A stretch of 64,000 bases of DNA from Azolla caroliniana. Its lineage: Eukaryota; Plantae; Polypodiophyta. The notes beneath the pieces are model-generated. The model saw only the letters and a list, made by a program, of their open reading frames with translations, searched no databases and was not told where the DNA came from. How positions within the stretch are numbered: the stretch's first letter is position 1; each line of letters opens with the position of its first letter. The position numbers and the translations under genes are program-made. Positions 13,561-26,500 of the stretch are shown one piece after another. The DNA is taken from positions 16,864,001 through 16,928,000 of the forward strand of contig JBHGNT010000012.1 of the NCBI GenBank assembly GCA_043228905.1. Direction: 5' to 3'.

Positions 13561-13956
13561 TAATTTGATGACAGATTAATCAATGAAGAATTAAATTGCT
13601 TGTTCTGAGTAACTTATCTACTGTGTAATTTTAAGAGTATGATCAGGATTGTTGATTTCATGATAGTGGTTTTTCTTAAAATCATGCAAACTATTTTAAC
13701 TTGTACATGGTTCACTTGAGTAAATTTGTATCTCAGAAAGAAGAACCCTAAACGATATTATTAAATTGGTTTTTAAGAAAGAAGAACAGAAAGAAGGTTG
13801 TATATAAAAAAGACACACAATTTTATTGAGAAAGAAGCACAAAACGTAGACTGTATATCAAAAAAAAAAAACTCCCAAACAAGTCCATTAAACTGTTTAT
13901 TTGCAATACATGTGCTTTGTTTGTTTTACAAGAAAATTGGTAATTGCTACTTGTAG

Positions 13957-15779
13957 CTACAAATTCCATGTCATACTGTTGTAAATACATTCATACACAT
14001 TAGCACTAACTGTGTATAAACCTGAGCATCTATTGTATTGCGACATTGGGACATTGATGCACTTGACCAAATGAGAGTACATGTACGCCACTGGTTTGTT
14101 TTCTAATAGCCTATACACATAATCACAATCATCTAGTCTTGCATAAAAAATTCCTTCGATGTAGAATGTCCTAGTAGATACAACATTTCCCCAAGCATCT
14201 AATATATTTTGCGTTGCACACTGTTTACTAACCATGCACTTCAATATATAGAAATCAACACCCTCTTAATTGCCTTGTTCTGCATTTCCAACGAAATTAT
14301 CCCCAACATTTAAGACATCACTCAGAGTATCTCCACGTCCTTGATATGTGAAGTCAACATTCTTTTCTGTTTCTCCATCAATTGCTTCCTTATCGTTCAA
14401 TGTATGATACTCCCAGTTCTGAATATATGCTTTGTTTAAACAATACCTCCAATTTCCCTGCACACAATGGAAGCAAACACAAGTTAATTCTCTAATTGCA
14501 ATACAATGACCATCCAACCTAGAATAACCACGAACAACATGGAGAGATCGCAATTCGGGGATTCCTCGGCACTCCCAAGTCTTCTCCCGATTTACTTCAT
14601 CTATCTTCACTTCCCAAAATTCATATTTGATATCTCGAACCTATGAGGAATAAACACCAGTTGCACTCAATGATATATTAGCTCTTAAAAATTCAACTAC
14701 ATGTGATGCACAATTCATCTGCACACCATTTGCCTTTAGTTGTTCATGGGTAAGTGCCCGCTTTATAATAGCACCTGCACCATCATGTTCACCTTTACTA
14801 TGGCCAGACCCAAAAAAAATCCATCTCATCTCCAAACCTGTTATAGCAAGATAGCTCCCCACAAAATAAAATGGACGTCTAGCCTTGAATTGTGATGCAA
14901 CTCCGTTAGACCAAACCCAATGTTGAGTAAGCTCCAAACGTTTAGCTAATAGCCATTGCCAATGTAAGTTAAAACAATGTTGGACGAACAAGGTATCATG
15001 CTTCTTATCATCAGAAATAAAAAAATGAATTACTTTTTTAACATCACCTGAAACTCGAAAATATGTTATGTGCACAAAAATGGTTACCTGCGCTGAACAC
15101 CAATGCATAGATTGAATTTCATTCTGTTGCTTGAAGGTATAATTCTCTACGAAATCTACTACTGAGACTTACTACATCATTTGGAAAATCAGATATGCAA
15201 GTCTTAAACTGATGGGCTTGCCATGAATAAATGAAGTTGTGTTTAATGAACTTTCCTAGAGATACTACAAATATAGATGCCAAATCCCTTGGTTTAAGCG
15301 ACTTCCTAACTAGATCCTTTCTTTTACACACCTTTCCTTCGAAATTGGTGTCAACTGACTCAAATAACTTGACAGAGATTAATATTTCACTACTCAATTC
15401 ATTTGGACACCACCTAAATCTACAAGGGCCACAATCTTGACATAAACCTATGACACATTTATGACTGTGGAAGATGACCTCAATTTCTCTCGGACACAAT
15501 ACTGAATCTAAAAGACAACTCATGGAAGAGATAACATGCTCAGATGATTTAGAGTGCTCTTGCGGGCTCGATCGACAAATTGGGCACTCACAAGTGCAAA
15601 TTGCATTAGTTAGGGAGGTGTTATGGTGATGTAGTAGATTAACAGAGTCCTTGAGAAAACCCACTTGTACATGATAAATGCAACATGTGTATCGATCCTT
15701 CAAGCGTCTCACAAAGTGTGGCTTAAGAGACTCGAATGTTCATAGTTGAACTTTGATATTTGGATGCATTTGCCTGAAC
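13957..15779 (-). pseudogene. Sola2-type DDD transposase (3' exon; stops and frameshifts; upstream exon lost)
   Basis: VVDFVENYTFKQQNEIQSMHW, FISDDKKHD, WSNGVASQFK, GSGHSKGEHDGAGAIIKR, and a Cys-rich TCCIYH..CTCECPIC region; splice acceptor near 15780. Confidence 0.8.
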
Positions 15780-15819
15780 CTAATAAATAAATCAACATGT
15801 GTAATAAAATGGACATACT

Positions 15820-16137
15820 GATTAGCTGATTAGCTATGCTCCAAACCTGTTATAGCAACTAATAAGCTATTCTTGTAGCTAATTAGCTACTCCAATAGCT
15901 AATTAGCTATCCTAGTAGCTAATTAGCTGGTGATAACTAAATTAGCTATTTGGAATAGCTAGTTAGCTAATTAGCTATAGTCATAGGAAACTAACTAGCT
16001 ATTCTAGTAGCCAAATAGCTATGATTGGTAGCTAATTAGCTATTCTGGTTACTAATTAGCTATCCTGGCAGTTAAATAGCTGGTAATAGCTAAATTAGTC
16101 GGTAATAACTAATTAGCTATTGGGAATAATTAGTTAG
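15820..16137. repeat. Dense array of TAGCTAATTAGCTA-type palindromic motifs in the transposase intron
   Basis: Many degenerate (TAA)TTAGCTA units in ~320 bp; the same motif occurs at 1048-1095 and 40575-40685. Confidence 0.85.
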
Positions 16138-16529
16138 TGTAAAAACAAATAGCATGCGGAAGCAATAAAAACAGAAAATAGAGAACAGGTTTAATGGAGC
16201 TTAACAGTACGCGGGAGAGACAGAGAGAAAGAGAGAGAGAACAAGAATCTCTATTCAAAAATTATATCAACGCTCTGTACATAGTATGTGTTCAACGAAC
16301 ACTTTTATACAAGTCCATACGGACTGACAAAAGTACGGTGTACTTCAATGCTCACTCGAGCGCCTAACACTAACTACGAGAGTAATAACTCCCTAGTAGT
16401 CTAGCTGCTATTAGGCTTCCGGTTACTGATGGATCCGGCTGACCAGCTCCCCAGCTCATCGGCTCCGTCTCGCTCACCGGCTCAGGCTTATCCAGCCAAT
16501 CCCGCTCCAATTGAGCTTGCCACTCAACA
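16138..16529 (-). repeat. 3' LTR of copia D
   Basis: TG...CA, 392 bp, shares its left half with 36323-36521. Confidence 0.88.
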
Positions 16530-16850
16530 CTCCCCCTCAAGCTCAACTTGAGTTCTAGTCGTAGTGTCAACGTCTGTGGCAACCAGTCCTTCTGCCCGGC
16601 TCCTTCTGGCGTCACTCCGCCTTGCTCGCACTCCTCGTCCAGTCTGGTTCTGTTTGCCACGACCCCTCTTGTTCTGCACACCTCGACCTCCTCAGTCGGC
16701 TTGTTTGCTCAACAGGCCCAATTCAGCTCCCTCGCTGTTGTGACTTCGGCATGTGTTGGTTCGCCGATTCCTTCGTGTTGGCGTCAACTTTCACTGCCTT
16801 CTCGTCCTCTTGGCCTTGAATTGATCCGGTTCTTCCGAATCGACTGTCTC

Positions 16851-19541
16851 TTATTCGTTCCAGCTCTTGTCCAAATCGGTTGCTCCCGATTCGTCTTCTG
16901 GTTCCAGGCTCTCTACCACATCGAACCATGTCCGGGTCTTGGCCTTCTTCTTCCGGTCAGCTCTATCCTTCTTGACTCTGTCGTCGCTGCCGCTTGTTCC
17001 GACTTGTTCGGATGTGTCGACTTCCTTTGTCGACTCGGCTCCTTTCTTCTTCTTGACTCTCCCTTCGTCAATTCTTCCCTCACCAGCGCAAGCTACAGTC
17101 TCTTTGCCTTTGGCCGTTCCGATGTCTATGCCCATTCTCCCCCTCAAGTGTGGCACGTCGAGATGTTGAATACCAAGCATTTCGGTGAAGTGTTGCAACT
17201 TGTCCGATCTAAGTGGTTTGGTGAAGATGTCGGCAACCTGCCGATCCATGTGAACATACCGAAGTTCGACCTCACTGCTCATGACACGCTCACGCATGAA
17301 GTGATAGTGCACTTCGATGTGCTTTGTGCGAGCATGGAATACGGGGTTCTTGGTGAGCTGCATGCTGCTTATGTTGTCGCAGTAGATCAGAATCGGGGTT
17401 GGTACCCCGATCCGTAGGACTTGCAACAGTCACCGAAGCCAAATGGCTTCACAGGTGGCAATGGTAGTGCCCCAATACTCAGCCTCCGTGCTCGACAGAG
17501 CAACTGTTGGCTAGTTTTTGCTGCTCCACGCAACAACCGCGCTACCTAGGGAAAACATATAACCAGAGGTTGATCAGCGATTTGATGCATCGCCGGCCCA
17601 ATCGGCATTTGTGTAACCGACCAGCTCTTCGGTTATACCACCGGTATAACAGTCCTCGGCCCTTCGTGCCGCTCACATACCACAGTATTCTGTGCGTGCA
17701 CTGAAGATGCTCTACGGTCGGCTTCTACATAAATTGGCTAATCACACCGACCGGATAACTGATGTTGGGTCGGGTGATGGTCAAATATATAAGGCTTCCG
17801 ACAATTTGTCAGAACCGTTCTCATCGTAGGCCGGTCCGGAGTCGGGACGGAGCTTCTGGTTCCGGTCCAGGGGAGTAGAGATAGGTCGGCATTCCGTCAT
17901 GCCGAACTTGTACAACATATTCAACACATAGTGCCTTTGTGAGAGCAATATGCCGTTAGGGGTTCTGATCACCTTGATCCCAAGAAAATAATGAAGGTCC
18001 CCCAGGTCCTTCATCTCAAACGCATCCGACAACTGGGACTTGATTCGGCTGATTTCATCGAGTCTGGGTCCAGTGATGACCAGATCATCAACGTACAACA
18101 ATATGCAAACCGGACCCTTCGGGCCTTGCCGAATGAACAACGAAGAGTCGGACTTGGAGGCCGCAAACCCCATCTTACACAACCGGTGCGTGATCTTCGC
18201 ATTCCAAGCTCGGGGGGCTTGCTTCAGGCCATAAAGTGACTTCTTCAGCTGGCATACCGCCGACTTGTTCATCTCTGTCTGGAAACCGGGGGGTTGTATC
18301 ATAAAGACCTCTTCTTCAAGATCTCCTTGAAGAAATGCATTCTTCACATCCATCTGGTGAAGATGCCACCCCCTTGCCGCTGCAACCGCTAGCACCACAC
18401 GAACCGTCGTCATCTTCGTTATTGGAGCGAAGGTCTCGTCATAGTCGATTCCGTGGGTCTGTGCGTATCCCTTCGCCACTAACCGGGCCTTGTACCGGTT
18501 AACTGAACCGTCGGCGTTGTACTTTACCTTGTACACCCACTTGCATCCGGTCGGTTTACTGTGACAGGGAGGGTCAACCAGGTCCCATGTATCGTTGGCA
18601 TCAAGTGCCCGCATCTCTTCTTCCATAGCGGCACGCCAATGTGCGTCCTTTGCCGCTTCTGCGTAGCTCTACGGCTCACTCACTTCCGCCACCTTGGTCA
18701 TGTACGCATAGTGATGCGCCATGTACTCATTGTACCCGTACCGCTTAACAGGTTCTTCTGGCGGGTTGACCGGCGTAAGCCACTGTTACCCGGTCTGAGG
18801 GCCTTCTTGGCTGGTTCGGTCTTCGGTGCCGAAGAACCGTCATTTTCCTTTCCGAAGTCGGATCCGTTCCGATCCGACTCATCAATACCGGTTCCATAAT
18901 CCAGCATCTTCTTCTTCCCCTTCTCTTTGCGCGTGAACCGTCTCCTCGATTCCTTGCGCAGGGAGAGCACAGCAGAGTCTTCACTACTCGTCGATTCTTC
19001 TTCTGACTGGTCGGATTGACCCAGTCTCTCGTTCGGCCCACTCAACCGAAACGATTCTGGACTCTCTTCTTGAGTCCCGGATTCATCATCTTCTAACTGG
19101 ACCGGTTCAGGCTCACTAGCCTCATCCTCCGGTATCGGGTCAGGGTCAGAAGCCGGAGCTGGTAAGGCATACCATGATGCCGTCTCATCAAACTCAACAT
19201 CGCGGCTAACTTGGACCTGCTTCGTCCGGGGGTTATAACACTTCTACCCCTTTTGTTCATGTGAGTAGCCGACGAGGATGCATTTCTCCGATTTTGCATC
19301 TAGCTTCCTCCGCTTCTCATCCGGCACGTGCACATATGCAATGTTGCCGAAAATCCGAAGGTGTCTCAAATTCAGCTTGCGCCCGAAATACAGCTCATGC
19401 GCGGACACCTTGTCACCGATCCGGTTTTGGATGTAGACGACCGTCCAAACTGCCTCCGCCCAGTAGAAATGGGGCATGCTCTTCTCTTCCAGCATTGCCC
19501 TTGCCGTGTCGACAAGCGACCGGTTCTTCCTTTCGGCCACA
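16851..19541 (-). pseudogene. Copia D integrase C-terminus, RT and RNase H
   Basis: AERKNRSL, ILLYVDDLVI, NPVFHARTKHIEVHYHF. Confidence 0.9.
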
Positions 19542-19577
19542 AACACGTTCGCGTTCACAAGTGGAAGGATCGCGCAT
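19542..19577 (+). repeat. Left TIR of the Sola1-like element
   Basis: 35/36 inverted match to 34298-34333. Confidence 0.95.
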
Positions 19578-19899
19578 AAATGGAAGGATAAGGGAAATTT
19601 TAGGGCTTTTTCAATGATTTTACAAAACACATTGATACCAGTATCATACATGTTCAAACATACTATGAAAAAGGTTAAAAATCCACTATTTTCGTGATTT
19701 AGAAGTAACTAAAAAAAGACGAATTTCAAAAAGATACATTCTCAATTTATATCACAAAATTTACAACCAATGTTATTTTATAAGAAACGATTTTTTAGAA
19801 AACATAAGAATTCAAAACACATGCTTTTATATTACTCGATTTGTTACAATCGGAATGTAGTTACACTTAATAGCCAAATATACATTCATGATCACTCCT

Positions 19900-22680
19900 T
19901 TACGGAGAATCACTACTATAACTAATATACAATGAAGATTCCTCCTCATCATCCTCGGATGTACCAATCAGTGCATTATCTTCGTCATAAACCAAATGGT
20001 TTGACTCTAGATTATATGTAGCAGATCTCGTTTGCCTTTGACTCGAGCCACCTTGTAGACCTGGTAATTTTTCTTTTATTATATCTATTGTTGACTTCCT
20101 TAATCGTCCGGCTTTTGTAAGTGTGAAGTCGTACACGATGATATCCACATCAGAGATATCAAGGGTCGAGGTGTTACGAATGTTTCGCTTCCTCTTCCTA
20201 CCTCCCCTTCTTGTTGGGCATTCAATCATCTCCAATGTATACTTACCTGTAAAAGCATTTGCACTTCTAGTGTTGTACCAATGAACATTTATAGACTTGA
20301 TCGTGTTTTCTATTTCATGCATTAGCACTTCTAGAATTTTACCAACCCAAAATTGGTGGCCATGTGAGTTCTCATCAGTCGGTGTTGCAATCAACATCCC
20401 CGTGGTGAGCTCTTGCAAATTGCCTTGCCATCTAGCTTCGGCTGCTTTGGTCATCCTTGGTCCCACATAAATGTCTCTTTGTTGTGGATGGACTAAGCTG
20501 TCATTAATCGCATTTACTAGTTGCTCCGGAGTTCTATTTACGCGATCATGTTGCAGCGACCATGTGAATGGCGTTTCCAAATTCCAATTATCAACAGATA
20601 CACAATTGTCTATAATTTCTTTCTGATCACTATAAAATACATCCCACCATGACGCGTCTTGTTGTGCGGCATATTTCTTGGCGGCCTCAATATGCTTTCT
20701 TTTTTCTTCTAAGGCTTGGAGCCATGACCGTTTTTGTTCTGATACCAAGTCGCTCTGCAACTGTCCTTTCTTCTCAATTGGCATTTGCTTAGCTCCATGG
20801 ACAATTGTACTTGGCATACAAAGTAATAACTGGCAACCACCTTCAGGTTCCCATGTTGTAGACGATGAATATTGTTTAGCATACAAAAGTGTAGAACCAC
20901 TTATTCCATTTTTCTTTATCATAAAAATGTGATTGAAACTTATATTGTTTAACTGAGCAAGCACTTTAACATTCCCACCACCCCCATCTAATATATATCT
21001 CTTAAAGTCATATACCTCCTTCAAGTGTAACACTTTTGGGCGTGGTGTATATGCATCACAAATGACATCAAATAGTTTAGGTAAAGTGAAAGCATCATGC
21101 CGAGACAACTGTCTGGAGAATGTGCTAAACATCTGATTTATATGGTCATGTGTGTGGCCAACCAAAAGGAAATTGACTTTCACTTTCCTAAAAAATTCTA
21201 GGTTGACCAACATACTTAGATAGCCAAATACAGTTGAATTTTTGTTCTCTCTAGCAGTATTGTCCAATTGAATGTATAGAACAGGGGGGAAAGGTTGGCC
21301 CCAAGACATCAAAACTCGGTGAATCACTGTAACTGTTAGGTTAGGGTCATTGTGAACATTGGGGTAAGTAATGAAGATGTGAGGTCGAACAAACCTATTA
21401 TAAGCCAAGCATCCCACCAAGTACATTTGAACAAGGCACTCATCATTGACATCTTTGGGGAGCCTCCGCATATGCAGCAAGCATGTCTTCTTCTGGTCCG
21501 TGCCATCTATCATTAAGCACATGTATTGTTCGGGCCTCTTCAAACACTTCTCTCTATGATGCATCGCCTTCTTTCGTTCTAAGGATTGTGCCTCACGATG
21601 ATCTTGTAGTAACTTCTTACTCGTATCCTTTTCCATTGATGTCTTTGCACCTTTAGCCAAACTTTTAAGATTTGCACAAATGGAGCAATACCCCATACGT
21701 ACTTTACGAGGAATAATAACATTTGAAAACCGAGCTCTCCATAATCTTGTGAATTGGCTATAGGTGATAGACGTATTATGTGAGCCCAACATATCAAATC
21801 GATAGACATCATAAACTTCCCGACGTGTATAATTATCAGAAAGATGCATCCTACCTATAGTGGGCATTACTTCACAATTTAACTGAAAGTAAGTTTTCAT
21901 CCAACCAATAGCATGTCTTCCAATTGCACCTTTTATACTTGGAACCTCTTTACAATTGAGCATCTAATTCCCGCTAAGTAGACGTTGTTGTACTCTATGT
22001 AGCCGCTTGTTACTAACACATAACGCAATTTTGAATGCAACTCTACATATCTGTTGTGCATGGAAGATATAATACTCGAATGATACTTTGATCCCCGTAC
22101 ATTTGTCAGATACTAGTTGCATATGTGACCTGAGGTAAGTGTCTTGCTCATCACCGGTCATCGAAAAATAGTATCGCCTTAATTCTCGCAACTTTGATTT
22201 TCCAATCATAGACATACAACCACGGGCACAACATATTTTTTTGACATCAAATCCAATCTGTTTATCTGATCTCACCAAGCTAAATCTAGCCAGACGAATT
22301 CTTCATGGGATTCTTCTAATATGCATAGGGCTCCCAGATTTCTCTTCCTGCATAGAGGTTGGTGTAACCTTGTTACAATCTAATTCTCTATTGTGACCAT
22401 CGCCAATGTTATTCAATGTTTCCTAGGCACTACCTTCATTCTCCGTATCTTTATTAATATCGTATTCTTCAATAGAAAACTCTTCACATGTGTCATTATT
22501 TACATTCCCTGTAGATGAGCTCAGACAATATTCTTCGATAGAATATGGTGAGTCGGTCGACAGACAATATTCTTCAATCGAATATGGTGACTCTGTTGAC
22601 AAACAATACTCTTCAGTAGAAAACGATGAGTCTGATGACAAACAATATTCTTCAATCGAGAACGGTGAATCTTCACTCAT
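19900..22680 (-). pseudogene. Sola1-type DDD transposase, one intronless frame of 927 codons with 3 premature stops
   Basis: ORFs 22423-22680, 21964-22278 and 19900-21963 share one frame. Motifs CCARGC..CRVAF, GYCSICA, LMIDGTDQ, YIQLDNTARENKN, FLLVGHTHDHINQMFS. Confidence 0.85.
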
Positions 22681-23381
22681 GACTTAAGGTCTAGATAGGG
22701 CTCTATAAGTTATGTGCTTAGGGTAAGGAAAAAAAACTAATAAGCTCCTCTCTAAACATATACTCCTCTCTAAACATAAACTTCTCTCTAAACAAAAGCC
22801 AAATCAATAGAATGTCTATATTATGTAATATTCTATTAATACAATACATAAAAAAAATATTTTTAATAAAGTAATTGTACTTAAAATATCAATTATTATA
22901 TAAACTACATCTATATGAAGTTAAATCAAGTATAATATAAATCTATCATTAACAAGCCATGAATATGTTGGATTAATGTTAAAATCATTGGCTAATTAAT
23001 GGCACCCATTTTGATATAGAACCTCTCACTCATTAGTTCTTTAATGCTCACCATTTTAAATATTAGACTTATCAATCATTGGTTAATTCATGCCAACATC
23101 TTTAATACACAGCATTTGAGAGTCATAAAAATTGTTGCTTTTAGTAATCAATCATTGGTACATTCATGAACCTCTATCATTGTCTCCTTCATGACCTTTG
23201 AAGTCATTGCAGTTTGTTATGACTATAAAAGATTGATCAATATGTTAGTTTGACTTTGTAATCATTAATGCAATCATAAGTTACTCTAGTTAATGTGACT
23301 GTGGTTACCAACTAACTATCCTCAAACTTACCAACCTTGGTTAAGGTGACTATGGTTACTTTAACCAATGTGGTCAATCCC

Positions 23382-23388
23382 TATAAAT
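23382..23388 (+). promoter_or_regulatory. Putative TATA box of the ParB-MTase gene
   Basis: CTATAAATAG ~150 bp upstream of ATG 23533, followed by a 5' UTR with 9-bp ACAGAGCAC-like repeats. Confidence 0.55.
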
Positions 23389-23532
23389 AGGAAGACCTCG
23401 TCATATTTCACTCACAAGAGCGTACAGAGCGTACAGAGCACACAGAACGTACAGAGCACACAAAGCACACAAAGCACATAGAGCACAAAGCACCAAAGCG
23501 CGATCTCCGCCTCCACTGCCACACGATCAACC

Positions 23533-26500
23533 ATGTCTTCAAACAAAATCGAGCGCGAGGACTCCAGGTAGGCCTCTGACACTATGGACATTTTTGTAAA
23601 TATGTTTCGTCGCTCAAGAACTCGATACGCCGTATCGAGTTCCTGTATACAATACAAACTTTATATAGGAACTCGATACGGTGTATCGAGTTCATAATTT
23701 GTTTTTGCTTTTTAAACAGGAACTCGATACAGCGTATCGAGTTCTTGTTTAAAACCTACACTTTAAACACGAACTCGATACGGCGTATCGAGTTCGTGTT
23801 TAAAACCTAAACATTAAACAGGAACTCGATACGTCGTATCGAGTTCCCGTTTAAAACCTAAACTTTAAACACGAACTCGATACGACATATCGAGTTCGTG
23901 TTTAAAGTGTAGGTTTTAAACAGGAACTCGATACGCCGTATCGAGTTCCTGTTTAAAAAGCAAAGAAAGCACAGGAACTCGATACGGCGTATTGAGTTCC
24001 CGTTTAAAGTTTAGGTTTTAAACAGGAACTCGATATGTCGTATCGAGTTCCTGTATAAAAGAAGGCTCTGAGAGAGAAAATTTGTGTTTTTGGGGTAACA
24101 ATTAATTATTGTGTGGAAAAGATATCAAATTGTCTGTCAAAATCAGTCTTTTTTATGTTGACTTGCCTTACTTTTAAAAAAAAACATGCCCTAATTATAG
24201 GTGTTTTATGACCTACTTTAGCTTAAAATAGTAGAAAATGATCCACAAATTGCCTTTACAATAGCAAATTCTCCTCAATATAGGTTTGGAATCTATATAA
24301 GTCATACCTACTCTTTAAAAGAATATATAACCCTGTTTACTTATTACGATATATATTTTCTAGTTTGAATAGCCCTGCCTAGAATAGATTTTTGAATATA
24401 GGACTGCTAGTGAGAACTGTTCTTCATCTTAATATTTATATTTTAATATACAACCTTTATCTACGTGACCACCTAACTTATGTTTTTGCATATACTTTCT
24501 TAAATAGGTCGTTTGAGAACCTGTCGGACCGACCCGTGAAGAAAATAAAGCTTCGCATATAGGGTTCTCCAATCGAAGCCCAGACCAAGGTAGCTCCTGA
24601 GACCATGAAGAGAGGAAAAAAGCTTCTCTTCAACGAAGAGACAAAATCTCAGCCACATATTGATGTTAGCCTAAAGAAACTTGTCGCCGCTACTGGAGGT
24701 GAAGACCTTCCTGACCGTGATCTAACGGACAAGGAATGGTGTATGCAATATGTCGACTTAAAGAAAAAAGTCGTATTGTATACAACAAAGAAGAAGGGGG
24801 AGGGGCAGCTTGGAAAGGAAATCCCATTTATGTATGGCCGTATTCTACGATTTGACTACGAAGATGCAGATTCGGCCAACATACTAGTAATGATAGAGTG
24901 CTCCAAGGGGGTACGTAAAGTGTTCCTTTCAGAAGACCTTTTAGTAAAGGAATCTTGTGGGCCAGAAGCGTTCAAAAAAGATCTTGAAAGCTCACAAAAC
25001 CTTATTGTTACCTTGAGGCCTTATATACAAGGCCATGTAACTCTAAGAGATGAAGTGCCCTCCCCATTGAAGGCCACAAAAAGGGTATCCAAAGTCTAGT
25101 CAAGACCACCAAAGAAGAAGACAACCAAAATGTCGGACACCAATTCAACAAGTGAAAACGAAGAGGAGGATAATAAGGGGACGCCAGGAGCTGAGCTGGC
25201 ATCGGGTGTTTTGTCATCCGAGCATAATAAGATAAGGAGAGAGTTAATGCAACGGAAACTGGTCAAGAAAGGGCAAGTGTTTAATTTGCCTATAACACAC
25301 ATCCATCAGCCCCCTATTGATGAAAAAATAGGTCGACGACCACTTGAGATTAGAGAGCCACACCGCATGCATGTTCAAAATTTCAAGAAAAAAATGAAAA
25401 TTAATCCTCATGCCACTGTGGTGCCTTTTATTGTTATGGTAGATCCTGAAGAATGTGAAACCATTGAAGATTTTGATATTAGAAAGCATGATCAATATAA
25501 TTATTTTGTCATTGGTGGATCGCATTCAGCAGAGGCACGTCGGCAACTTGTGAGAGAACATCCAACGACTTTCTTCTTCAAGTATGCCGAGTGCAAAATT
25601 TATGTTGGGCTCACAACCGAAGAGGCTAAGCTGTTGGCATGGGACCATAATAATGATAATGACTGTAGGCAAAAAATGTCGTCCATTGAGCGTATACGGT
25701 TCTTCCACCATGAGTATTTAGACATGAAACAAAAGTTTGGTGTGAAGTTACATCCAGGCCTACGACGTCAATGTCTGCATGAAGTCGGCATTGTGGTAGA
25801 TGATAATGTTAAGTCCGATGGTCTTCGAAAGTATGAGTCTTGGTTTCAATTGGCGTTTAGAGATGGAGAAGTATGGGACCTACAAGATCAAATCTTCTCA
25901 ATCTGGGAGAATAAGGAGGTAAAGGGTCAACAACAAAAGAAATGTAAGGTTGACCCTCAACTAGAGTTAAAGTCACAAGCCGCCAAGAAAATTGACTTGA
26001 CAATTGAAGAAGCGGTAGACGACATGAAGTTGTCTCTGTGGAGGGCGATGCAAGGTATTAAGGACGAGCAGCTTCTTGTGTCTGTTTTGTCAAGGGTTGT
26101 GGCGAAAGATTTAAGCCTTGAAGAAATGGTCACTGAGTTCAATAAGTAAGTCTTTCAAATCCTGAAATTGTAGTCTATCTGGTGTAATTCAAAGTTCTAA
26201 TCTTGATTTCTAATTTTCAGTCATAAGGTGTACATGAAGATCCAAGAAGTTATGATGAAACAACTTGGATGTATAACTTGGGAACAAGTGACCGAGGATT
26301 ATCCTCTAACGTCTTCATATAAGGCGTTATCAGAGTATTTTATTGCATTCAAGGATTGGGTTAGTATTGATGGTGCTTGCATAATAATACCTGATGTCCT
26401 ATTGCTTCTATTAGAAACCGTGTCGAGGCAAGAAACAAGGAGAAGTTAAGGATATACACGATTTCCCTACATCCTTCCTTGCACATCTCGAGCGAGCCAG

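Noticed and set aside
23412-23657. 81-aa minus-strand ORF with CVL repeats
   Set aside because: It is the antisense reading of the 9-bp 5' UTR repeats and exon 1.
23618-24050. CRISPR array (palindromic repeats with fixed-length spacers)
   Set aside because: The spacers are related to each other as direct or inverted copies, there are no cas genes, and the array sits in a spliceosomal intron.
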